DNA of 60,103 nt, filler included, from Dugesia japonica (taxonomy: Eukaryota), in assembly GCA_001938525.1 (NCBI GenBank). It is 5 parts of 5 records of this genome, joined end to end, with 100 filler letters (N's around TTAATTAATTAA, not from the genome) between each part and the next. Parts side by side here need not be neighbours in the genome. Positions count along the whole stretch, not along the records: positions 47,857 to 60,103 come from MQRL01590182.1; 4 more parts are not named here. The stretch is one strand, 5' to 3'. The notes under the pieces were generated by a model, which did no database searches, was not told the origin of the DNA, and worked only from the letters and a program-made list of their open reading frames with translations. The translations under genes were made by a program, and so were the position numbers. Of the stretch, positions 49,836 to 60,103 are shown in pieces (position 1 is the first letter of the stretch; each line of letters opens with the position of its first letter).

Positions 49836-52800
49836 TTATTGATCATCGGAACCTGAAAATGAAATTGAAATAAAAATTTGAATTAATGACTGTAAGCGCA
49901 GTTGATTTTTCAAAATAACTTTATTTAAAAAAAACGAGTAGTGTAACGACATCAAAATAGAAATAGAAAAGTGTCATCTTTAAGACATGTAGCCGCACAA
50001 CAAAAACACTCCATCAATACTTCAATCTAACCTGACGACATGCATCCTGTAGACAATTGCTCAGAAAGAGACGTTAAGTCATCGAATGGTTGGGAAACTC
50101 TAACTAAAGTGCTACCAGTTGTTGTAGTCAATGTGGTTGAATCTGTAGAATGACAACTCATTTGCATTATTGATGAACTCATTGAAGTAGTTCGGGATGA
50201 AGACGTCAACAAATCAATAGCAAGCCCAGCAGCAGAGTCTGAATCAATTTGTTGTAAAGACTCAGCTCTTTGAGATGTGTATATCACAGAACATTGTTGA
50301 CTAGAGCCATTACTAGTCATAGAATGCGTTTCGCTAAAATCCAGTAATTCATCAATAATTGCAGTTTCTTTCACTGGACTAATATCATCTATACTTGGAG
50401 ATTTAGTCATAAATGTGAATTGAGACTTTTCTTCAATTAAATCATCCTCTAATCGTTCAAATTCTTTCAATGAAGATGATGAATTAGAATCATCAAAATG
50501 ACAAAACCTTTGCTTTTTGCGACATTTCTCAATTTGATCCGAATCCAATTTTAAATCAGATAAAATTTCAGGAGATTTATCAAAAGATTCTGTACACTCT
50601 ATTATAGGTGATAAAGGTACAAGATCTAAATCGTCTCCATTGGTGGTTAAAATCAAACCAACATTTGGGTCTTCCGCTTGAAGTGACAATGATAAAGAAG
50701 GCGGTTCTTTACCGATCCGATTCCCAATATCATTATAATTTAAAAAATAATCACAGTCATCAATTAATGGAGAATCGGGTTCTAAAACTGGACTAAGATC
50801 ATCATCAAATGTGTCATTATTAGATTTATTTTGCTGAATAATACAATTAACAGAATCGGTAATAATTTTCTCCACTAATTCTTCAGCAATAATAAGAATA
50901 ATTTCAGTATTTTTGGCAGATTCAATAATTGATTCAACGATATTATCAGATTTAACAACAATATTTGCAAATTTAATAACGCCATCAATTAATTCAGAGA
51001 CTAACACATCAATATTTGATTCATCAGAAAGATTATATGATTTAATGTCATTATTGACTGTAGATGTCTCAATATTATCTTGTATATGATTTATTTTCTT
51101 ATAATTATGACCTTCTTCAGACTGATCAGGCGATTCTACTGTTTCCAAATCACAACTCAACGCTGCTGGCATACATGAATTGTGTCTACTATTATCTAAA
51201 AGTGGTAAGATTCCAGGGATTTTTGTAGGAAAATCTGTAAGCATTTCTTCTTTTAAACACTCAATTTGATGAGAATAATCCTCTTCTAATTCTTGATCAC
51301 TGTCATTTGGAAGTGAAGTATGGTCACTGCCCAGAGGTTTATACAAATTATCACAAGTAGGATTAGACGGTGAATCTAATTTTTCATGCGGCCATTGTTC
51401 ATTTAATAACAAAGTTTTAAAAGAAGTGACTTGTTCATCAACGTGTTGTCGTTTGCTAGAAAGCAAGTCGTCAGGATCGATCTTTAAAGCTGAGGAGGTT
51501 ACAGAGAAACAACACGGATTTTGATTAAAAGATTCTGAAAAAGCTGTCAATAAAAATACCTTACTCAAAAATCATCGTAAAAAGATAATACAATAACAAG
51601 TTAAATCAATTTTAATAAAATAAACGAACTAAAATATTGAATATTATAAATGAAAAACATATTATAGCTAAATATTAAGCAGCGCTAAGCAAAGAAGCAA
51701 TAATCCTATAACAACCTAATTTACTAAAATTGAAAATTTCCCCATTTTCTATATCATCTTTGTCTTCGAAATTAAAATCACATTCCGATGATGATTCAGA
51801 AGAAAATACTAAATTATCAGAAGATTGGAATCTGTAAACATTTAATTGACCTTTGATTAAAAAATTATCAGCCACAATTTTTTCCGTTTGAATGAATTCT
51901 ATATTTTCTCTTTTTAATGACAAATGCTTTTCTGATATTGTTGGTGCGTTACATGTATGGTCAAATATCGTCTTGATATTTAATTGACAATAATTAGTTA
52001 AATTTTTAGGTTTTTGAGTCAATTTATAAATAGATTCTTCCATTGAAATGCGTGCACAAAGATGAGACTTTTGATTTTCGTTGTCATCACTATGTAGGCA
52101 ATTATTATGGGAAAATGCACTATTAACTTCTAAATCAATGACATTTGATCTTAATTTATTTGAAATTATGTCATATTTATTTCGACGATTAATAATTGTA
52201 ACAGGTGTCGTGCTTTGAAATTCAGGACTACTAGGGTGCTTGTAAACAGGTATATTGACTTTAGAATTAAAACTGAAATGGGAGTCACTATCACTGAGGC
52301 AATTAAAATCATCATCGGTATCGGAAGCATGTGCTTTGATTTTAAATTCAGTGAAGCTTGGCGATAAATTACTCACGTGAGAACTCGATATTTTCGTATC
52401 ACACGTTCCTAACATTTTAAATAAAATAAATGTAAATTTATACATAAAGATGCCTCAAAAATAATAAATAACTGTTCAAATTTCAATTTTTTTTTATCAG
52501 AATATTAAAAATCGCAAAATACAATAAGTTTCAAAAACTGAACTTTTTATCAGAAAAAATTAAGAAAGATCACAATAAAAAAATAATGATAACAACATAC
52601 AATTTACAAAAAAGCGAAGGAAGTAAAGAAAATTTACATTTTATAAACGTAGAATTTCTGTTTTTTAAAAATTAATTTTGTTTTACACAGTAAAAATAAA
52701 AATATAAAAGAAATAATTTTTAAATTTAAAGTAATTCAAATTTTATAAAGGATTTGCGGAAAGAATGTTTCATAAACCAAACATTCTTTAAATCACAAAG

Positions 52801-55800
52801 AAACCCTTAGATAAAACAAAGTGTTCACATAGTATTATATAGTAAATAAAATAATTATTTAATTAAGCAGCATTTATACAGATGGCCTAAAATTATTTAA
52901 ACATACATGTGGATTATCTTCAATCGGAAAATTCAATTTTTATAATTATCCAAAAGAATTAGATAAAAAATATAATTATACTTCAATACATTAAAAATAT
53001 ATTTCGCAGTTAATTTTAATTTTTAAAAAAAAATATTTTGTCTAAAAATACAACAGTAAATATTTTATTTTTATTTAAAAAAACAAATTTCTGATTTTCG
53101 AAATCTAATTTAACTAAGAAGTAAGGCCTATAGAATATATACTGTCAATGTCATTAAGCGACGGATCCGTGAATCTAGCCTCCTATTTTCACAATTACCA
53201 AATAAATTTATTACGTCATCATTTATAACACCGATTTCCCTATCGATATTTAATCATGCTAAATCTAACAATCTTATTTTATTTCTTGAGTCTAATCTTT
53301 TTAAGCATAAGAAACTTCTTTCCAAACAAGCAATCAAAATTAATGGATAACAATGAAAATGTTATTGCATAAATACCCTCGTCAAGATAAACAAGTATTT
53401 CTTCCAAAGTTAAGGATAGAGAAGCTTCAGATTGAATGGATTACTTCAATAATAAATTTAGTTCAGTGGTCTTCAAATTGTGTGCCACGGCACACAAAGA
53501 AATAAAGTATTTTAACAATTTTTTAAATTATTATGTTGATATTTGGTATCTTTTAGGATTCCAAAGGTATTTGCGCTTAAAAATTTTAGTGTGCCGTCAG
53601 AAATTTTTATCGTTTAGATGTGCTGTGACAGAAAAAGGCTTTCCTACCACTGATTTAGTTCATAACTTATATTCATGTGGGTAGCTATTCCATATCGTTT
53701 TATCATTATTGGCGAAAAAGACTAATATTTTCGAAAATCCTGCCACACGGAGGCGATGTCAAATTGACATTATCAATTATACTAATTTAATGATTATTGT
53801 CAATTTATTCAGTTATTCTGGATAATATCTGATTTTATTTCAAATGTGTACACATTTTCGGAGAGAGGAAATAATAAAAAATTCGAAATTATTTAAAACT
53901 TGTAATTGTGTAGGTGTTATACGGATTCTTGTTTACAAATACTTTTGTGAAAATAAAGTAATTATATATTATTAATTATGTATTAAGATAATTATTTTCT
54001 AATTTATTTCCTGATTTTTTACTGTTGTAAACTATATTTAGAAATAATAAAATTTAAAAATGAAAAGAAAATATGAATACCAATTGGCAAGTTTGCATTT
54101 TCAGACTTCTTTTCGAAATCTAACATAGATTTAATGAATTTCAATTTTAATTTAGAAAAATACTTACCACAAAGAATATGATCATCGTTCGGTGTAGATG
54201 GAGGTGAGTAAGGTTGATCTGGCTTGAATTCTGCGTAAGTATCTCTCACTAGAAAATTAGATATTTATTCTCATATTTTTCTGAAAATTTAAAATATACA
54301 TTTATGACTTTTAATATTAACTTCGAATTGATCATCTTCATCTGGTGTATGATCCAAAACATAGGGAAGTGATGAATTTTCTAGAACAATAACATCTGGC
54401 TTTTTCACTTTTTCAGCAGTAATTTCTTCCTCTGAGACAGAACCTGAAAAAAATTAATTATTATATTCTTTATAAAGAAAGTCTACTATCATCAAATGTT
54501 TCATGTAAAATTTGAGGTTTAGGTAATATTTCATCCAATTGATTGATTAAATTGATAAAAGCGTCGGTTTTTTGTTTGGTTAAATTTTCATCATCTTCTT
54601 CTGTTCTTAAAATTGATCCTGGTTTTAAAATAGGAACGATTAGGGAATCATCTCCTAAAAATTATTGTTATCAATTTGAATATAAAAAAATTAACAAACC
54701 GTCGTCGGCATAATCAGATGCCTGAATATCATTTTCTCTTTGAGAGGCTGTGTCATCACCAACTTCAACAACCATAGATTCATCTACTGATCCAGTTTTA
54801 TCAGTGTTTAAATGATTTACATCTACTATATATATTTATTTATTATTCATTTTTAATATTCATACCGTCATGTTTTCCTATTGCTTTTAATGCCAGTCTT
54901 TTTTCATCTTCATCTGTAACAATTGATGAAAATATCACGCAATTTTTTACCACATCGTCCCGATCAATTTCACGTAACGCATTTTCTAATTCATTTCCTA
55001 AATTATAATATATATCTCATAACACAATAATAATCACAAGCTATATATTATCTAGATTTAATGAATATTAAAAACACTGAAAGCCATTTCAATATACAGA
55101 ATATCTGTTAACTTCAGATACAATATTTAATTTAATAAAGTTCTGATTATGTAATCAATTATGCAATCTCTCCAATAAATCAAATTAATTAAAAACATTC
55201 AATAAAGATTAAGACCAGCGTGAACATTAATTTTTGGATTAATTGACCTAATCATGAATGTTTCACACATAACTCTCTCTCAATAATCTGATAACTGATT
55301 ACCAATAATCATTATGTTCAGCCTTATAACTTCCACTACCAACTCGACGATGCTCCTGAATTCTAATACAGAGATGACGGAAAGCCTATCCAATGTATGT
55401 GGCATTACGCCCCTAACATTCATACTTATAAGTACGATCAGAACACAATTGAATTGGTGTTTTAGACTTATTACTAAACATATTTATGATTTTATAAGAT
55501 TGAGAAACAATTTTAAATTCAGAGTAATTTCTATATTTTAACAACCCACTCTTAAATTGTTTAAATCCTTCTGAACATGGAATAGTTAATACGTAGCTAA
55601 ACTTATCTATCTTATCTGGGTCTGTGATAACACTTTCACAATTTAAATTATTATTAACATTATTATTGACATCTTTAATTTCATTATTATTTTTATAAAC
55701 GATATTATCAATTGTTTCACAATTTAATTTCTCCACAATTGATTTACAATAACCATTTTTATTTAGTAAAGAAATTAAACAAGACATCAAATATGAAGAG

Positions 55801-58800
55801 GAAAGAGTCCACGATCTATTCAACAGTCCTTTAATAATTTTGCACTTGTAACGAGATTCACAAAAACTGAAAGGAGATGTATACAAACCTGTATCGGTTG
55901 GTTTGTGATAAACCTCTGTTTCATCATGTTTGGATTTTCTTTCTATTAATATGTCAAGGATAGAAAATTTTTATTAAAAAAAATTGCCGTTTTCTTCGAT
56001 TATTTAATGAATGGTTATTACGTAATAAAACATGTAGATAATACAAAAATTGTATATTACCAGATAAATCTCCTTTTTTAGCTCTCCACAAGATCAATAA
56101 GGCATATGCTGCATCTTGGTCGGTAGAATTATTTCTGATATTTTCTAAATCATCAGGATTAGTAATTCCTAGAACAATTGCAAGTTTTTCCCAATCTCCT
56201 CCAATTTGTTCGGCGATTGAATGTAAATCAAATTCAGATTTAGCAATTTTATCGGTGCAAATACCTAAAGAAAAATACGTCATAAATAACACGAAACTCA
56301 AGATTACATATTTAAATTTTGTAATACACAATAAATTCTAACATTACACAAAATTAGTTACTATTTTTGATCTAAACATTTTCTTGAGTGCCTCATTGAT
56401 ATCGATTTTTAAAGCGTATTAAAAAGAACTATTCAACGTGACAAGAAATTAAATAACAAACAAACTAAATGTTTGTATCATAAATATTATAAAAATAGTT
56501 AGCAACATATTCCTTTTGTAGCATTTATTTTAATTTTTGAGAGTTTATAATATAAACTGTATTTTAAAAAAAAATAGAATTTTTCGTTTAATTGAAATTA
56601 ATCAATATCCAAGATAAAATATGTATAAATTACTTGGTTTAATAAATTCTCCTGTTTTAATTTTCTTTCTTCGAAGAGTATCTGATACTGGATAAATTTC
56701 ATTTGGCAAACAAATCTCAAGCGTTGTAATTGGCTTTTGAACTGCAGTGGTACCAAGTACATTTCTAAAGTGAAGAATTATTAATTTTTTATAGCTTAAA
56801 GATTAATACTAAAATATTTTTCAATGAGAACAAATCTAATGTAATCAAACTAAAAATTATAATTTAATGATGTCAAGAAATGTAATGTTTTTCTTATTCT
56901 AACATGAATTGAAAATTATTTGTAACTTAGTCACATCTCTTCAATATTTGAAATTTTACAAATTTAACACCACTGAAATTATGAATTATAAAACTGTAAA
57001 TGGAAGTAAATAAAAGAGATTATCGGAAAACATTAAATATATTTTAATTTAGATCAAATTCTAAGTATTTTTCGAAATGTATAAATTTGTCAATTTTATG
57101 AAAAAATGTCATTATTATCTATAACAAGGGTAGTCGACATTTTTAAACCTACAACTCACCTTAGTAATATTTTTAGTGGTAAAATTTTAAAAAAGAATCT
57201 TAATTTTAGAACGACCGAAAAGCATTCTTAATTTTAGGATGGATGTTTGTGAAAATATACGGTAAATCTCATCATTATACTATTTATACATTCATGTTTA
57301 TTTTTTAACACAATGTATAAAGTAAAATTGATTTGATTCATTTCTACATGTAAATAACTTCTGAAATAATAATTCCACCGTTCAATAAAGAAACTTGAAT
57401 CGTTCTGATCTATAGTCTAGTTTTCACAGGAATAATAATGCCCAAATTCCACAGAGTACTCGTTTTTACTCAAATTTTTCAAACAATGTAGACATTTATA
57501 ATATAATTGTTTCTCAAAAACAAAAATCGTTGGGTACATAAGTTTTTAAAAATATTTACCCAGAACCCAATCCTTGATTTCTTTGATGAAGGAGAATTGC
57601 CAATTTTCCTTTGGGTTCTTGTTGAGTATCTTTAACACGAACCAAGAAGCTGATTCTATTTTCATTTAATGCTTCAACAGTCATACTTAATTGATCGCCA
57701 GTTTTAGTAACAGGCACAAGATTACCAGCTGTTTCGATCCAATGAGGACGATTGTGTAAAACCTAAAATGAAAATTTATTGCACTGATATAAAAATTAAT
57801 TGAATTTTAATAATGATAATTATTTCTAGAGAAATTGTCAGATTTAACCATTATTCTCATTTTTAATTTTTTTGACAGTATATTTTTATGGCTTTATAAA
57901 AATACACATATCCCCCGATTTGCATGGTATTTTATTTACACGATTTCTCTTTTACACGGCTTTTAAAAAAAATTAAATTTAGTCATTTTTTAGTCTACTC
58001 CAAATTTCATTTTTTTTTGTTTTCTTATTTGGAATTTTTAAAATTTCATATTCACTGGTGATAAACAATTATTGGGTAATCATTTTCTACAAAATGACCC
58101 CAATATGGAACAAGTTAGTCTATTTCAGCGAGATATTAATAAATACTTAATTCAATATGATGAGGTCTAAAAAGATATGACCAAAAACCAAACACAATTG
58201 TTAATTACGGATTTCATTACCAAGTATCGCAGATCTGAGATTGTTTCTAATTCATCGAACATCGAACTTAAATCGCGTCAAGTACTATCGAGTGATAAAA
58301 GTGACACCATGCCAAATAGGAAGAAAAGAATTATAGCCTACGAAAGTGATAACAGTAATTAAATTTTCAGTTAAATTTTTGGAATTTATACTTTTTGTTT
58401 CTATATGTAAAATTAATTACATAAATATACCTTTATATTTTTGTTATTTTATGAATAGACATGTTATTTTTGCTTTATTTTACGTTGAAATAAATAACGG
58501 AATTATGCACATTTTAGTTGGTTTCCGATTTACGCGGTTTTACGAATAAAAATCTACGATTTCGATATGCATGATTTTCTAAGAAATCTGTCTTCAGTTT
58601 AAATTGGAGGATATGAGTATTACCATTTTATCTCTATAAAAATTAGTTCTTAATTTAATTTGAAAAAAGCTCCATGGATTTGCTTAATCTATTAAAATTA
58701 TAAAATTTCTAATCTAATTTTAACTGAAAATGTTTACAGTTCAAATATAAATTAGCAGTAATTAAAAATTATAACTTAATACTTGTTCTTAATCACATAG

Positions 58801-59750
58801 TAAATTTTATTTATAAATATAAAGTATATTTTAAAATTTTCATTCACAATTAACAAATTTAATTAAATTGGCTACAAATAGAAATATAATCAATTTATTC
58901 GTCATATATCTACCCAATAATAATTTCATTAACTCCAAAAATATAAAATTTCTCACTTCAACTAAAGGTCCACTAGCAATTAGTTGGAAATTTTCTTGGC
59001 ATTCCAATGTTTTATCGACAGAATCGTCAGTTAATCCAAGAATACGAAATTGTGCTTCCTCTTTATCATGTCTTCTTCCATAAACAACGAACTGACCCAT
59101 ATAAGGCACTACAGTAGACTCCCGATAAACATTTGTAGCCATTTCAGCAACTCCTTGAACATTTGGACAATCAATAAGCCACAATCTATGCATAATTATT
59201 ATTCAAATTTAACGGATAAAATAATTCTACCTTGCAGAAACGGTTGTAGTAAATGACACACAATCTTTATGGAATGATAATGGTGTTGATCCAGTAATGT
59301 CTTCCCAAACTGCAGGTGCACTTCCACCAGTGATGCTACAAAGTAATCTCAAACTAGGTGTACCACTACTATTGGGATCATTTATCATTCCTTTATTCGA
59401 CGTTTTTGGCAATGGGACTGTTAGAGTGATAGGTTTGTGAAATTTGCGTCTTCTGGGTTCAATACTAATAATAGGACTACATGCTACTCTATTTCCAAGT
59501 AATCTTGTAACGATTTCTGTTGGTATTTCATGAGCTTGAATGCCAACTCTTGTTTTCTTTAAAAGAGCTCCTTCGGGAAATACAGCCTGAACTTGAGGTA
59601 CAACAGAAGAACTCATAACAACACCTTCAGGACCAATTAAAGCGACTTCTTGTCTGATTCTAGTAATTAATGCAAAATATTGCGGCAAATCTGATGTTAA
59701 AATTCTTTGAATTCTATTTGCTCTGACTTCCTCATTAGTCATTAATTTTT
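49836..59750 (-). CDS. ank: Ankyrin (Ank2/unc-44-like), 3' part: ZU5, UPA, death domain and long C-terminal tail; the 5' ankyrin repeats lie beyond the window
   Basis: Phase-consistent GT-AG exons: 59231-59750, 58957-59185, 57560-57762, 56634-56764, 56061-56264, 54866-54997, 54700-54822 (or 54825), 54487-54654, 54300-54443, 54168-54248, then 52408 down to about 51715 (or stop 51675) and/or 51543-50032, and 49836-49852. Motifs [82 protein letters not shown]. Confidence 0.92.
50032..51543 (-). CDS. Large acidic Ser/Thr-rich exon, probably an ankyrin long-isoform tail
   Basis: About 500 codons open in roughly 70% AT DNA. Phase-1 acceptor ttattgacag, compatible with the upstream ankyrin exon. 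Donor tcag|gttag joins to GSDDQ* at 49836-49852. Confidence 0.7.
51675..52408 (-). CDS. Second large Ser/Asp-rich exon, probably an alternative or additional ankyrin tail exon
   Basis: About 245 open codons; phase-1 acceptor aaatgttag|ga. Confidence 0.6.
53464..53652. mobile_element. hAT (Buster/Charlie-type) MITE in an ankyrin intron
   Basis: CAGTGGT...ACCACTG termini; perfect 8-bp TSD ATTTAGTT. Confidence 0.85.
55200..55950 (-). mobile_element. Penelope-like element fragment (RT C-terminus plus GIY-YIG endonuclease)
   Basis: [23 protein letters not shown]; L.KNGY; YKYEC*G.NATYIG*AFRHL.IRIQEH; [13 protein letters not shown]. Confidence 0.85.
56061..56264 (-). CDS. ank: Ankyrin death-domain exon (first part)
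   Basis: [21 protein letters not shown]...ALLILW; continues in 54866-54997 ([17 protein letters not shown]). Confidence 0.9.
57905..58617 (+). mobile_element. Tigger/pogo-like non-autonomous element in an ankyrin intron
   Basis: TA|cacatatcccccgattt ... aaattggaggatatgag|TA TIRs. Internal QTQLLITDF (pogo/Tigger C-terminal QxxITDF motif). Confidence 0.7.
59231..59750 (-). CDS. ank: Ankyrin exon, ZU5-ZU5 spectrin-binding region
   Basis: [13 protein letters not shown]-type motif; ttttag acceptor and gtag donor. Confidence 0.95.
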
Positions 59751-60103
59751 CTAAAATTATTTTAGAAATGTTAAATTCAAAACTGAATTAAAATTAAATA
59801 AACAAGAATAGTCAAATAATGAATATTTCTCATGTTACCTTAATATTTATTTTAATTAAGAAAATTAGCTAGAATACACTTGTCATGTAAGAATATAAAA
59901 TAAAAACAAAATAGCCCAATAAATATGTGAAAAACAATAGTTGATTTTTAGTAAAATTAAATAATGCAATTTAAAATAAAATGTAATATATTTCAAAATT
60001 TTTAGTAATATCTAATATTCAGTATAATTGTTTAAATCTTCGTTTGAATAATATAGACCAAATAATCTCTAATTTTTCATTTGTCTGTTGATAACGGTTG
60101 ATA

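Noticed and set aside
53100-53800. Additional ankyrin exon in the long intron
   Set aside because: Frames contain stops and are interrupted by a hAT MITE; likely unclassified repeat debris.
1-60103. tRNA/rRNA genes
   Set aside because: No cloverleaf or rRNA-like sequence recognised by eye; a covariance-model scan was not possible.

Overview
AT-rich eukaryotic genomic DNA with spliceosomal introns, abundant (AAT)n microsatellites and dense transposon debris. The style suggests a flatworm or planarian (inference only). The window is not one contig: four identical 100-bp linkers (44 N + TTAATTAATTAA + 44 N) split it into five blocks. Host genes are (i) the first coding exon (TM1-TM3) of an NPY/NPF-type neuropeptide GPCR and (ii) the 3' part of a multi-exon ankyrin gene on the minus strand (ZU5-UPA-death domain plus two very large acidic Ser/Thr-rich tail exons). 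Mobile DNA includes Tc1, mariner, Tigger/pogo, several hAT elements, three Gypsy remnants, an R2/NeSL-like non-LTR RT, a Penelope element, a Polinton DNA polymerase remnant, and a TGTTGGGG...CCAACA LTR-like family associated with (AAT)n tracts that carries its own conserved ORFs. The most striking item is a degenerate, apparently intronless polyprotein of about 3.4 kb (30355-33810, minus). It carries three GIxPG ubiquitin-like repeats, an AT-hook and a Bcl-2-like BH1+BH2 domain that is absent from the ORF track. About 0.7 kb upstream is an array of eight 16-bp hairpins showing compensatory base changes. Together these suggest a giant retroelement carrying apoptosis-control cargo.
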